Origin: a bacterium
GTDB lineage: Bacteria > UBA8248 > JACPRG01 > G963555815
DNA: 64,000 nt
NCBI GenBank assembly: GCA_963555815.3
Contig: CAUVWX020000001.1
Coordinates: 480,001-544,000, forward strand
Direction of reading: 5' to 3'
Shown: positions 9,516 through 21,456 of the stretch, one piece after another
Layout: the number at the start of each line of letters is the position of its first letter
How positions within the stretch are numbered: position 1 is the first letter of the stretch
Made by a program: the position numbers and the translations under genes
The notes under the pieces: model-generated
The model's database searches: none
Seen by the model: only the letters and a program-made list of their open reading frames with translations
Told to the model about the DNA's origin: nothing

Positions 9516-11263
9516 TGGCGCAGTCAATGCGACCATCCACGCGGGTTTCATCGAGAGGGCCCCGCCACTCCCCGCCTTTCATCCTCGGGGTCTCTTGTTT
9601 TTTCCATGACGCCGCGGCCTGTCTCATGCAGGGCGGAAGGGTGGTGGCCGCGACCCAGGAGGAACGCTTCTCCCGCCGGAAGAATGACCCGGAATTTCCA
9701 CTCCAGGCCATTGAGTACTGCCTTTCAGAGGCGGGGATCGGCGTGGATGATATCCATTGCGTCGGCTTTTACGAGAAGCCGCTCCTTCGCTTCCTTCGCC
9801 TTCTGCGCACCTATATCGATAATTTTCCTCGGGGTTTCCCCTCTTATCGGAAGGCGATGGGCCTGTGGCTGAAGCAGAAGCGCTGGATCCCCCGTTTCCT
9901 GCGAAGAGAGCTGGGGTATGACGGCGAGATCTATTACATCGACCATCACCTTTCCCATGCGGCCAGCGCCTTCTACTTCTCCCCTTTCGAGCGGGCGGCG
10001 ATCCTGACCGTGGATGGGGTCGGCGAATGGGCGACCACCACCCTCGGCACAGGAGAGGGCCATGAGGTCAGGGTCGACAGGGAGATCCATTTTCCTCATT
10101 CCCTTGGATTGCTCTACAGCGCCTTCACCCAGTATCTGGGCTTCGAGGTGAACGAGGGGGAGTACAAGGTGATGGGACTCGCCCCTTATGGACAACCCCG
10201 CTACGCTCGGGAACTGGACGAGGTCATCCAGGTCGACGGCTCAGGTATTTTTTCCCTCAACCGCAGGTACTTCTCCTTCGAATACGAACTGGAAATGATC
10301 AACCGAAAGTTCGAGACCCTTTTTGGCCTCTCGCGCCGAAAACCCGAAACCCCGCTCCTTCCGGCCCATCGGAACATCGCAGCCAGTGTACAGAAGAAGC
10401 TAGAAGAGGCCCTGCTCCATTTGGCTCAGCGGGCCCACGCCCTGACGGGTTTTCCAGACCTCGTCCTGGCCGGTGGGGTCGCGTTAAATTGCGTGGCCAA
10501 CAGCCGCATCTTGAGGGAGGGTCCTTTTCAACGGATCTTTGTCCAGCCGGCGGCGGGAGATGCGGGCGGCGCCATGGGCGTGGCTGCCTTCCTCGCCCAC
10601 GGGTTGGATTCCAAGTGCCCCCGGGAACCCCTTCGCCACGTCTACCTCGGCCCCGGATTTGAAACCTTCGAAATAAAATCCTTCTTGAGTCAGGAGGGTT
10701 GCCCCTTCCAAGAATATGAAGAGCCGAAACTCCTTGAAGAAACGGCGCGACTATTGGCGGAGGGGAAGGTGGTGGGCTGGTTTCAGGGAAGGATGGAGTG
10801 GGGCCCCAGGGCCTTGGGTAATCGAAGTATATTGGCCGACCCCCGCAGGGAAAACATGAAGGACATCCTCAACCAAAAGGTAAAATGGAGAGAACCATTC
10901 CGCCCTTTTGCGCCCGCGATCGTCCTAGAGGAAGGCCCCGCTTACTTTGAGATGGATGGGGCGAGCCCCTTTATGCTCTTTACCTATCCGGTCAAGCGGC
11001 CCCAGGATATCCCCGCCGTTACCCATGTCGACGGATCGTCCCGGGTTCAGACGGTGGCGGAAGAAGAAAATCCTCGGTTTTACAAGCTCTTGAAAGCCTT
11101 CCAGCATGTCGCCGGGATCCCGGTCCTCATCAACACCTCCTTTAACCTGCGCGGAGAACCCATTGTTTGCACCCCGGTGGAGGCCTACGATAGTTTCATG
11201 AAGACTGATATTGACGTCTTGGTCCTCGATCGATTTATCATCAAAAAGAGGGAGGACCTTTGA
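9512..11263 (+). CDS. O-carbamoyltransferase (NodU/CmcH/SxtI family)
   Basis: HDAAAC, QEERFSRRK, HHLSHAASAF, EYKVMGLAPYG, GGVALNC, GPRALGNRS, INTSFN; start placed at ATG overlapping the upstream stop. Confidence 0.95.
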   Translation: MMAQSMRPSTRVSSRGPRHSPPFILGVSCFFHDAAACLMQGGRVVAATQEERFSRRKNDPEFPLQAIEYCLSEAGIGVDDIHCVGFYEKPLLRFLRLLRTYIDNFPRGFPSYRKAMGLWLKQKRWIPRFLRRELGYDGEIYYIDHHLSHAASAFYFSPFERAAILTVDGVGEWATTTLGTGEGHEVRVDREIHFPHSLGLLYSAFTQYLGFEVNEGEYKVMGLAPYGQPRYARELDEVIQVDGSGIFSLNRRYFSFEYELEMINRKFETLFGLSRRKPETPLLPAHRNIAASVQKKLEEALLHLAQRAHALTGFPDLVLAGGVALNCVANSRILREGPFQRIFVQPAAGDAGGAMGVAAFLAHGLDSKCPREPLRHVYLGPGFETFEIKSFLSQEGCPFQEYEEPKLLEETARLLAEGKVVGWFQGRMEWGPRALGNRSILADPRRENMKDILNQKVKWREPFRPFAPAIVLEEGPAYFEMDGASPFMLFTYPVKRPQDIPAVTHVDGSSRVQTVAEEENPRFYKLLKAFQHVAGIPVLINTSFNLRGEPIVCTPVEAYDSFMKTDIDVLVLDRFIIKKREDL

Positions 11264-11424
11264 TGGCCCGGACGGACTCCTTTTTCTTTTCTCTGCTCTC
11301 AATGGCGTGGGACTACAAGCTTTGGTGGCTCATCCCGATCCTGATCATTCTTGTGGGTCTGGCGTTCCTTCTCTTCGTGGCGGAGAGCAGTTTCCTCTCC
11401 CCCTTCATTTACACGCTGTTTTAG
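11263..11424 (+). CDS. 53-aa membrane peptide, SxtK/DUF5989-like (not in ORF track)
   Basis: Manual translation MARTDSFFFSLLSMAWDYKLWWLIPILIILVGLAFLLFVAESSFLSPFIYTLF*; WWLxP and PFIYTLF signatures; GGAGG RBS; TGATG overlap. Confidence 0.88.
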   Translation: MARTDSFFFSLLSMAWDYKLWWLIPILIILVGLAFLLFVAESSFLSPFIYTLF

Positions 11425-11491
11425 TGCAGGTATAGTTCACGCCAGAAATACCGATTGTCGTTTTACCCTGATTGCAAATTCGGAGGAAGAG

Positions 11492-11737
11492 ATGGGCGAG
11501 GCAGAGGATCTGGCACAAGCGCGTCAGAAATTTATAGACCTCGTGAAACAACTGGACGAGGGAGTTAAGTGCGTCGTCCCCACAGGGCCCGCCGCTGGGA
11601 ACTTCCTCATCGCCCTATCCAAAGGGTCCCAGCAGAAGCGAATCACCATCAGCGAGGACGATATGCTGGAGCTCCTTGAAGATGAGAAATTAGTGATGGA
11701 GACGGTCCGCCAAGCCATCGCAGAGTTGGACGCCTAA
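11492..11737 (+). CDS. Hypothetical protein (81 aa)
   Basis: GGAGGA RBS before ATG 11492; acidic, plausible protein. Confidence 0.65.
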   Translation: MGEAEDLAQARQKFIDLVKQLDEGVKCVVPTGPAAGNFLIALSKGSQQKRITISEDDMLELLEDEKLVMETVRQAIAELDA

Positions 11738-11769
11738 AACCCGCCCTTTTTTCGCCTCCTGAAAGCTAC

Positions 11770-13632
11770 TTATTCCAGATACCCAAGGGAGCGGAGTCTC
11801 TCCTGCGTGGCGGGGTCCAGGGTGACCGCCTCGGGGGGAAGCGCCGCCCGAAGGGCCGCCTGGTGCACCTCCTGAAGGTGCTCGGCCAGCTTTTGTGCGG
11901 AGGGGTGTCCGTTCGAGGCCAGATCTCTTGTCTCGCGAGGATCTTCTTTCAGGTCGTAGAGGGACTCAGGGGGAAGGCCCCGGGGGTTTTCCGGGTTTGC
12001 CTCAATCCACTTCAAGCGATCGGTCCGAAGGGAGAAGAGCTTGTGCCCCTCGAGGTTCTGCTCGGAAAAGATGAAGGGGGCAGCCTGAATATCCTCGCGA
12101 AGGACGGCGAGAAGGCTCCTCCCCTGAATTTTTGGCCCCGGCGAAAGTCCCGCCGCCTCCAGGATGGTCGGGGCGATATCGATGAGCCCGGCGAGTCCGT
12201 CCAAGGCGACCCCCCTTCCCTCCCCCTTCGGAAACTTGATAATGAGGGGAACCCGGATCTGTTCCTCAAAGAGGCTCGTCCCGTGCCACCAGCCGCGGTG
12301 TTCATAAAACTCCTCGCCGTGGTCGGCCGTGAGGAGGACGAGTGAGTCCTCGTAGAGACTCTCTTGCTTCAGGAAGGCGAGAAATTTTCCCACCTCCCGG
12401 TCCAGGTATCTTATCTCGCCCTCGTAGGTCTCCCGATATGTCTCCGCCAGGGTGGGGTCCGGACTGGGGTTTTCAATACGGGCGTAGGCCGTTCCGTCAA
12501 AAGGGTGGGCGAAGTATGGGTCGTGAGGGTCCATATAGTGGACGAGGAGGAAAAAAGGGCGCGCCCGGTTTTCCCGAAGCCACCCCATCGTCTCCGCGTT
12601 GACATCTCCGGCTGGCCAATAAAACTCCCGGGGGCTACGGGGTGCCCCCAAAAATCTTCCCCTCGCCGTCAGAAAAGCCCGGTAGAGGACCAGGTGGACA
12701 CCCGCCTCGGGGGCCAGCCAGGGGAGGTCCGGCTTTAGGTAGCGGTAACGGGAGAAACCCTGCTGGAAGTTGAAGGTGGGAGAGATATTCACGTTATTGG
12801 CGAAGCCAACGGTCGTGTATCCGTTCGCCTGCAGAACCTCGGGAAACGTGAGGACCTCGTCGGGGAGTTTGTCCACCTTGTGGATGGCCTGGTGGGTGGA
12901 GGGGTAGAGCCCGGTCAGGATCGTGGCAATAGAGGGCTTTGTCCAGGAGGCGGGGGCAAAGGCGTGACGAAAGAGTGTCCCCTCGCGGGCTAATCGGTCT
13001 ATCTCGGGGCTCGTCTCACGAGGATTTCCGTAGATGGAGAGGTGATCGGCCCGAAGGGTATCGACCAGGATAAGGATGACGTTGGGCCTTTGGACCGCCT
13101 CGGATGGGACAAAAACCGAAGGGACCTCGGCCCGCCCGGTCAGGAGATATCCCAGGCCGACCGCCCCAATAAAAAGCACTACCGTCCCAAGGGGAGGAAC
13201 AAGGGGCCTCTGTCGAAAAAATTTTCCCAAAAATTTCACAGTCAAGTAACCAAAGACACAGGCCAGCGCCGCCACGCCCAAGGTCAGAAGGCCTGAGCCG
13301 ACAGGAAAACTTCTCGCCCCCTCTTCCAAAAGGTCTCGAAGGAGTCTCGTGCGGGCGACATAGAAAGCCATCGCCCAGAAGAGGGACGAGAAGGTGATCC
13401 AGAAGGCACCCTCCGGCGAGGGTTTTGAAAAGGATTTTTTGAGGAGGAGGAGGAGAAGCCCAACGCCGAGGCCGAGCACAAGGCCCGTCAAACCATAGAG
13501 GGCGGCGCCATAGGGGACCGCGCGGCCTGCCCCGGGATCTGCGCTCAAGAAAAAGACAAAAAGACCTTCTGCGAGCCCGAGGACAGTCCCGCCAAGAAGG
13601 CCCCCTGTTCCGCTTCTGACGATGGTATTCAG
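11770..13632 (-). CDS. Membrane-anchored sulfatase-like (alkaline phosphatase superfamily) protein
   Basis: PNVILILVDTLRADH, SWTKPS, DPHDPY, ADHGEEF; several N-terminal TM helices; frame stays open to CTG at 13632 behind a purine-rich RBS (ORF track starts at 13548). Confidence 0.88.
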   Translation of the reverse strand: MNTIVRSGTGGLLGGTVLGLAEGLFVFFLSADPGAGRAVPYGAALYGLTGLVLGLGVGLLLLLLKKSFSKPSPEGAFWITFSSLFWAMAFYVARTRLLRDLLEEGARSFPVGSGLLTLGVAALACVFGYLTVKFLGKFFRQRPLVPPLGTVVLFIGAVGLGYLLTGRAEVPSVFVPSEAVQRPNVILILVDTLRADHLSIYGNPRETSPEIDRLAREGTLFRHAFAPASWTKPSIATILTGLYPSTHQAIHKVDKLPDEVLTFPEVLQANGYTTVGFANNVNISPTFNFQQGFSRYRYLKPDLPWLAPEAGVHLVLYRAFLTARGRFLGAPRSPREFYWPAGDVNAETMGWLRENRARPFFLLVHYMDPHDPYFAHPFDGTAYARIENPSPDPTLAETYRETYEGEIRYLDREVGKFLAFLKQESLYEDSLVLLTADHGEEFYEHRGWWHGTSLFEEQIRVPLIIKFPKGEGRGVALDGLAGLIDIAPTILEAAGLSPGPKIQGRSLLAVLREDIQAAPFIFSEQNLEGHKLFSLRTDRLKWIEANPENPRGLPPESLYDLKEDPRETRDLASNGHPSAQKLAEHLQEVHQAALRAALPPEAVTLDPATQERLRSLGYLE

Positions 13633-13705
13633 ATTTTTCCCCTTTCCTTATAAAACCCGCAGTGCGGCGAAGCTCCTTATATCTTAATGGAGCTTTTGTG
13701 CTGGG

Positions 13706-15754
<2,049 letters not shown>

Positions 15755-16981
15755 TCAGGCCCCATACTTTGTCAAGCGGCCCCCGTGGGCGAGGGCAAGT
15801 GCCATGAGATGGCGCATGAGTTGGCGGCCAAGCCCCCCCCGAAGACAGGCCCTCTCTCCAAAGGTTTTCGCTTCATCGGGCCGACATCTCGCTGCCCAGA
15901 GCAGGACGGGGACCGGGTGCCAGCTATGAGCCCGCATGGAGACCGGGGTCGAGTGGTCCCCGGTCACGACGAGGACATCTGGGCGAAGATCGACAATCTG
16001 TGGAACCACCCGGTCTACTGCTTCAATGGCCTGCCTCTTGCCTTCAAAATCGCCGTCCTCTCCAAAGAGATCGGTGGCCTTGACGTGGAGGTAGAAGAAA
16101 TCAAAGGCCTCAAAACTCTGAGCCAGGATTTTTATCTGTTCCTCAAGGTCTGAGGAGCCGGGGTGAACCTCCATGCCCACCAGGCGAGCGAGGCCCCGGT
16201 ACATGGGATACCCCGCGATGGCGAGGCAGCGAAGGCCATATCTCTCTTTCATAGAGGGAAGCTGCCCCAGGGTGTCGAACCCCCGCAAAAGGACTCCGTT
16301 CGCCCGGGGTTGTTCCCGCAGGATCACACTTGCCTGGGCCACAAAGGCGTTGACGAGCTCAGCCGAGCGGGTCCCGGAGGAACCGCTGGCCCGGGCGGGG
16401 CTGGGCGGCACCCCCGTCCTTTGGGGATCAGTGTCCGACACCTCGGCCGAGAGGCCATCGCCCCGGATGACCACCAGGGCCCGATGCTCCCTCTCCGTCT
16501 GGATAAAGCACTGGACCCCCTCTCCCAACTTGATCCCCTGATTGAGGAGGTCGGTCAGACGCCGATTCAAATCGTCGCCGATCCGTCCGGCCCGTCGGTC
16601 CGTGATGTTTCCGGCCTTATCCAGCGTCGCAAAATTCATGCGGGCGGCCAGATCCCCCGGCTCCAAAGAAAAGTCAAGACCCAGGGCGGAGAGGATCCCC
16701 CGGCCCACCTGATGGGCCCACGGATCATAGCCAAAGAGGGCGAGATGGCCCGGTCCGCTCCCGGGTGTGACACCGGGTGAGACGGGGTCCAGGAGACCGC
16801 AGACACCAGCGGCGCAAAGGTCGTCCAGGTGTGGCGTCCATGCGGCCTCAAGAGGAGTCTTTGCGGAAGGCCCATCGGGGAGGTCGCCAAGCCCGTCCAG
16901 GATGAGAAAGACAAGCTTGGACGTCTGGCTAACCACCAAGGCGTCGGGAAGCTCCTGGGTCACTCTCAGCCACCCTTCCAA
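15755..16981 (-). CDS. apgM: 2,3-bisphosphoglycerate-independent phosphoglycerate mutase (ApgM type)
   Basis: LDGLGD, TPLEAA, PGSGPGHLALFGY, DRRAGRI, TGDHSTP. Confidence 0.92.
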   Translation of the reverse strand: MEGWLRVTQELPDALVVSQTSKLVFLILDGLGDLPDGPSAKTPLEAAWTPHLDDLCAAGVCGLLDPVSPGVTPGSGPGHLALFGYDPWAHQVGRGILSALGLDFSLEPGDLAARMNFATLDKAGNITDRRAGRIGDDLNRRLTDLLNQGIKLGEGVQCFIQTEREHRALVVIRGDGLSAEVSDTDPQRTGVPPSPARASGSSGTRSAELVNAFVAQASVILREQPRANGVLLRGFDTLGQLPSMKERYGLRCLAIAGYPMYRGLARLVGMEVHPGSSDLEEQIKILAQSFEAFDFFYLHVKATDLFGEDGDFEGKRQAIEAVDRVVPQIVDLRPDVLVVTGDHSTPVSMRAHSWHPVPVLLWAARCRPDEAKTFGERACLRGGLGRQLMRHLMALALAHGGRLTKYGA

Positions 16982-16994
16982 AAGGAGTTCGTTC

Positions 16995-19742
16995 TCAACG
17001 AAAGAGCCTCTTCAAGACCTCACCCAGCACCCGCGAGGGGTCTTCCCCCAGACGCTCTTTCAGGAAGTTCGGGTCCAGGCGCACAGCGGGAGAGTCAAGG
17101 GGGCCTCTAACCCGAAAAGGCACCTCGACCCGGCCCCCCTCCGGGAACAAGGGCCCCAGTATCCCCCGGATGAGCCGACGGCTCATCGACTCGGAGAAAA
17201 GGGCCCTCACTTTAAGGTCCACTGTCCCATCCAGGCCGAGGTGGCCATTGCCACGGAGAGTCACCTTGTCCGCCACGAGCTCGATATCCGGCAAGGAAAG
17301 CCGCCCCTCTTCCAAATGGAAGGGGCCTTGAAGTGAACGAAAGCGAATCTTCCCCGCCTCCTCAGAGAAAAGGCGGGACATCTGGAGGAGCGCCTCCAGT
17401 TCTTCCAGGAACTCAAGGCCGGAGAGCTCCCCATCAGTCAGGGAAATCTCTCCCATGCCCGAAAGCCCGTTCGTTATCTCCTCTTTGCCGAAACCCAGGC
17501 CCTCAAAATCTCCCTGGAGACGAAATTGCCCCGCGAGAGGCACCTTGGAGGCACCAAAGGCTGCGAGAAGTGCCTCGACTCGGGCGTCGTCAACTTGAAT
17601 TCGGGCCTTGTAGGCGGGGCGGTCAACTCCTACTTCCATCTCCCCATCTCCCTCGAGGGTCCCTCCGTAGATCTTCGCTCTCAGCCCGTCGGCCCGAAGC
17701 ACCCCTTCAGAAAGCTGAGCGGAGAATTTGAGGTTCTGGAAGATCGTCCCAAAGGCTGCGCCCTCATCTACCTGGATGGACCCCTCAGCCTCCGCCCGAG
17801 CCAGTAGAAGAGAAAGTTTGGAGGGCTGCTCTTGCACCTCTTCCGGGGCCTGCGCGAAGAGAGACCAAGCGGCCTTTTGGATGAGAGAAGGGCGCAAAAC
17901 TGCCCTGGGGGGTCCCTTAGACGGCAAAAAATCATCCAGGATGAGTCGCGGGGCCCTCACGTCGAAAGTCAGTCGGGGCGAATTCCAATCCGTCAGCCTG
18001 GCCTCGACCTCAAGGGCCGATTCCCCGACCAGCGCCTTCAGTCCAGAGAGTTGAAGGGATCCGAGGGATGCGAGGATCAACCCCTCCAGGTCCCTGACCC
18101 GGTGTGGGAACCCCGGAAGGTTGAAGGCAGCCTTTTCCAGAAGGATCTCCGCCTGGTGCCTTCCCGAGGCAATCTCTTCGGCGGTACCCACGGCGGCAAT
18201 GGTCAGCCGGGCCTCGCCTGCCGGGGCATAGGCCTTGAGCAACGGCACCAGCTCGTCGAGGCCCTCCAGGGGGAAATTCCCCGAAGAGACACTGAGGCGT
18301 AATGGGCCAGACCCAAAAGATTCGGCGATCAGTGATCCCTCGAGTTCCAGCTGTCGAAGCTTTAGCTTCAACGGGTTGACCTCCAGGCTGTTCTCCTTTC
18401 GCACGGCGTCGGCCGTGAGGGTCATGGGAACTCCGCGGCGCTTTCCAAAAAAGTCTCCGAACCGGATCTCTGACGCCAGGGCGTCCCACTCCACGTGAAA
18501 GGTAGAGACCGTCTGCGAGCGCTCAAAGGAGGCCTTCAGAGAGGAGAACCCCACCGCCTCGAGGGAATCCAAAGAAGGACTCGCAAGGGCTTTAAGGAGG
18601 GGGAGGAGCTCGGCCAGATCAAGTTGCGGGCCATCCAGAGACCCCTGCCAATGGCTGCTTCTGTGAATACCATCGGCCTTGGCCCTGAGCTTCAACCGAC
18701 CCGCCTTGGGAAAGAGGTCAACCTCGGCGGTCAACCTTGGACTCTCTGAAATTTGAAGCCCTATTCTGGGAAGGAGACGGAACTCTTCGCCCCTTGCCTG
18801 CTGAACCGGCTTCCCCAGGAAAGAGGCTTGAAGGCCGGAGAGAAAGAGCTCTCCCTCGAGGGTGAGGGTCTCGGAGGGGTTTCCCGTGAAGCGCAGGGCA
18901 CCTTCTACCTCCCCCGCCGTCGGGACAAGGGGAGCCCTTCGAAAGGTCCGCGCGAGGAGGGGCTGGAGGGTCTCGATACTCAGCCCCCCGATTTGAAGTT
19001 CTCCCTCCGCGGGGAAGGTCGAAAAGTCCTCAAAGGGCCCTACCTCGGCGGTAAATTGGAGGTTTGGCTCTTGGACCCTCATGCGGAACTCTACCGTTGA
19101 ACCCAAGGCTGGCTGGCTGAAGTCAATATCAACCCCCTTGAGCGCGAAGGCCTCAGTGCTCCCGATCTCCGGCTCCAGGCGAAATTCCCCATCGCGCACT
19201 CCGAGGCGGGCAATCAGGAGGCCCGCCAGAGGCGAGATCAGGGGGGGCTCGGGTTCGGCGGGAGGGAGGTCGGGTCGGGCGGGAGGCGACTCCTCCCCTC
19301 TCTCAGGCGGCACCTCCTCCCCGGCGGGGACCAGCCCGAAGAGATTGTACCCCCCACCCGGAGTGCGGCGAAGGGTGATTACCGGCTCCTTCAGATTGAT
19401 GCTTTTGATCTCCAGCCGGCGTTGCAGCAAAGGAATGAGCCGAAGACGGGCGACCAGGCTTCGTGCCGTCAGGGCCGGTTGACCGCCGAAGTCGGGTGGG
19501 TCCAGGAGGCTCACCCCCTTCAGTTCCAACCGGGCGGAGGGGAAGACCCTGAACCGTATGGCCTCGGCGTTCACCGGTCGCTCGAGCCGTTGGCTCAACT
19601 CCTGAACGATTCGGTTACGCATAGAATCTAAGCGGAGGATAAAGGGAAGGGCGAAGAGGAGGGCGACTAAGAGGACGACCAGCAGCCCAAAGGCGACGGC
19701 CAGTCGTCGTCCCCAGCGGGGCTTGCGTCTGGCACGCCACAT
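16995..19742 (-). CDS. AsmA family protein
   Basis: N-terminal TM anchor then long beta-rich AsmA-like body; follows tol-pal genes; exact start uncertain. Confidence 0.8.
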   Translation of the reverse strand: MWRARRKPRWGRRLAVAFGLLVVLLVALLFALPFILRLDSMRNRIVQELSQRLERPVNAEAIRFRVFPSARLELKGVSLLDPPDFGGQPALTARSLVARLRLIPLLQRRLEIKSINLKEPVITLRRTPGGGYNLFGLVPAGEEVPPERGEESPPARPDLPPAEPEPPLISPLAGLLIARLGVRDGEFRLEPEIGSTEAFALKGVDIDFSQPALGSTVEFRMRVQEPNLQFTAEVGPFEDFSTFPAEGELQIGGLSIETLQPLLARTFRRAPLVPTAGEVEGALRFTGNPSETLTLEGELFLSGLQASFLGKPVQQARGEEFRLLPRIGLQISESPRLTAEVDLFPKAGRLKLRAKADGIHRSSHWQGSLDGPQLDLAELLPLLKALASPSLDSLEAVGFSSLKASFERSQTVSTFHVEWDALASEIRFGDFFGKRRGVPMTLTADAVRKENSLEVNPLKLKLRQLELEGSLIAESFGSGPLRLSVSSGNFPLEGLDELVPLLKAYAPAGEARLTIAAVGTAEEIASGRHQAEILLEKAAFNLPGFPHRVRDLEGLILASLGSLQLSGLKALVGESALEVEARLTDWNSPRLTFDVRAPRLILDDFLPSKGPPRAVLRPSLIQKAAWSLFAQAPEEVQEQPSKLSLLLARAEAEGSIQVDEGAAFGTIFQNLKFSAQLSEGVLRADGLRAKIYGGTLEGDGEMEVGVDRPAYKARIQVDDARVEALLAAFGASKVPLAGQFRLQGDFEGLGFGKEEITNGLSGMGEISLTDGELSGLEFLEELEALLQMSRLFSEEAGKIRFRSLQGPFHLEEGRLSLPDIELVADKVTLRGNGHLGLDGTVDLKVRALFSESMSRRLIRGILGPLFPEGGRVEVPFRVRGPLDSPAVRLDPNFLKERLGEDPSRVLGEVLKRLFR

Positions 19743-19815
19743 GGCAGTCCCTAGCGGGAAGGTGGTGGTATTTCCCGAGCCGCCGGGGGGGCGAAGACCC
19801 AAGAGCCCTCAAGGA

Positions 19816-20730
19816 TCACAGGTCTTCCAGCTTCGACAGAGCTTCCTCCGCCTCGGGGGAGTCAGGATGTTGATCGATGACCTGCGTCAGCAGTTGCCTT
19901 GCGGAGGTCTCATCCCCCAGGGCGAGAAAGGCATAACCCTGCTTGAGTAGAGCGCTTGCGATCCTGTCCCCCGTCTCATAATTGATGACGACTTTGTCAA
20001 ATTCCAGGATCGCTTTTTCGTAGCGTTTCTGAGTGAAGTAAGTCTCCCCGATGGAGTACTGGGCGTCATCCGCGAACTCAGACTTCGGGAAGAGTGTCAG
20101 GAAGCCCTCAAGCTCCCTTCGCGCCTCGGAGAGGTTGCCCCCCAGGGCCAGTTCGAGGGCATCATCATAAAGGCGTCTTTCTTCAGACATGTGAGGCGGG
20201 ATCGGGGCAACAGCCTCTGGACCCCCATCGGGAACAAAGCCGAGAGCGGGCGGGACTCCCTCCACAGGGGGAAACGGCAGGGACTCCGCTGGTGTTGTGG
20301 GAGGGACGGTCGACCTGAAGCCCAGGTTATTCTTGACCAGGAGGAGATCCCTCTCCAGGGCTTCCAGACGCCCTTGCAGACCCTCTTTCAATTCATCAAG
20401 CTCCCTGGCCGTTTTGTTGGCCAGGAACTGGGTCTCCTCGACATCCCCGGTGGCTGTCGCCGTCGACTGGAGCGCGCTTTGAAGCCTTGTCTCCAAATCA
20501 GCCTGAGTTTCTTGCAACCGCTTTAGTTCCGTTTGAAGTGTTTCCACCTCTTGCAAGGCCGTCCGCTTTCCCCCCTCTGTCCCCTCGGAAGTGTCCTTCA
20601 GGGTCGCAACGTCCGCCTGAAGGCGCCTGATGTCGCGCTGCAACACCTCAGCTTCTTCGATTGGTATGCAGCCGGCAAGCAGGAGGAAGAAGCCTGCACC
20701 TGCCAGACGCCATGACGTTGCGCGAACCAT
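19816..20730 (-). CDS. cpoB: Tol-Pal TPR protein CpoB/YbgF
   Basis: Lipobox LAGC, coiled coil, TPRs (ADDAQYSIGE, ALLKQGY); follows pal. Confidence 0.9.
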   Translation of the reverse strand: MVRATSWRLAGAGFFLLLAGCIPIEEAEVLQRDIRRLQADVATLKDTSEGTEGGKRTALQEVETLQTELKRLQETQADLETRLQSALQSTATATGDVEETQFLANKTARELDELKEGLQGRLEALERDLLLVKNNLGFRSTVPPTTPAESLPFPPVEGVPPALGFVPDGGPEAVAPIPPHMSEERRLYDDALELALGGNLSEARRELEGFLTLFPKSEFADDAQYSIGETYFTQKRYEKAILEFDKVVINYETGDRIASALLKQGYAFLALGDETSARQLLTQVIDQHPDSPEAEEALSKLEDL

Positions 20731-20772
20731 TTAAACCTCAGCGGCGGGGTCTGCTCGAAAAACGCCCTTCTC

Positions 20773-21354
20773 TTACTGCCCAATCACGAGAAAGCGTGCC
20801 CTTCGGTTCTTGCCGTAGGCCGCCTCGTTCTTAGAGGGGTCAAGGGGCCGCTCCTCGCCAAAACTGATGGTCGAGAGCCGATCGGCAGCGATGCCCAGGG
20901 CAGTCAAAAAGACCCTGGCGCTCTCTGCCCGCCGATCCCCCAGGGCCAGGTTGTACTGGACTGTTCCGCGCTCATCGGCGTGCCCTTCAATCTGAACCCG
21001 GATATTGGGATGGGCCCTGAGAAAGTCAGCCTTCTGCCGAAGGACACCCTTGTACCGCTCCGTGATCTCAGATCGGTCAAAGTTGAAAAGGACGAGCTCT
21101 CGCTCAAAGGCCGACAGGGACAGCCGGAACTCCCGCTCCCTTCGGGCCTGTTCCAACTTCCGGCGATCCTCCTCCGGGACAACCTGGGACACTGCCGGAG
21201 GCCGAGGCGGCGTCGGGCGACGGACCTCTTCCCTCGGCGCGGGAGGAGCTGGCGGTGGCACGGCTTCGGGAGGCGCTTTGGGACACCCTATCACAAGGGC
21301 AGCCAGACCAATAACAGAGAGAAGTGGGACACGACTACGCCAAGTTCTGGACAT
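20773..21354 (-). CDS. pal: Peptidoglycan-associated lipoprotein
   Basis: Lipobox VIGC, FNFDRS, IEGHADERGT, YNLALGDRRA, NRRA. Confidence 0.95.
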   Translation of the reverse strand: MSRTWRSRVPLLSVIGLAALVIGCPKAPPEAVPPPAPPAPREEVRRPTPPRPPAVSQVVPEEDRRKLEQARREREFRLSLSAFERELVLFNFDRSEITERYKGVLRQKADFLRAHPNIRVQIEGHADERGTVQYNLALGDRRAESARVFLTALGIAADRLSTISFGEERPLDPSKNEAAYGKNRRARFLVIGQ

Positions 21355-21456
21355 CTATCCTCCTCCTTTTCTCACAAGACCCCCAAGAGGCCCCCTCAGC
21401 AAATCTGTCGCCTAAAAAAAGGTGCAGCGTAATATATCCCATTTGGTCCCCCATAT

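Noticed and set aside
8301..11424. Saxitoxin biosynthesis
   Set aside because: No sxtA, amidinotransferase or other core sxt genes; IJK-like cassettes are widespread outside toxin clusters
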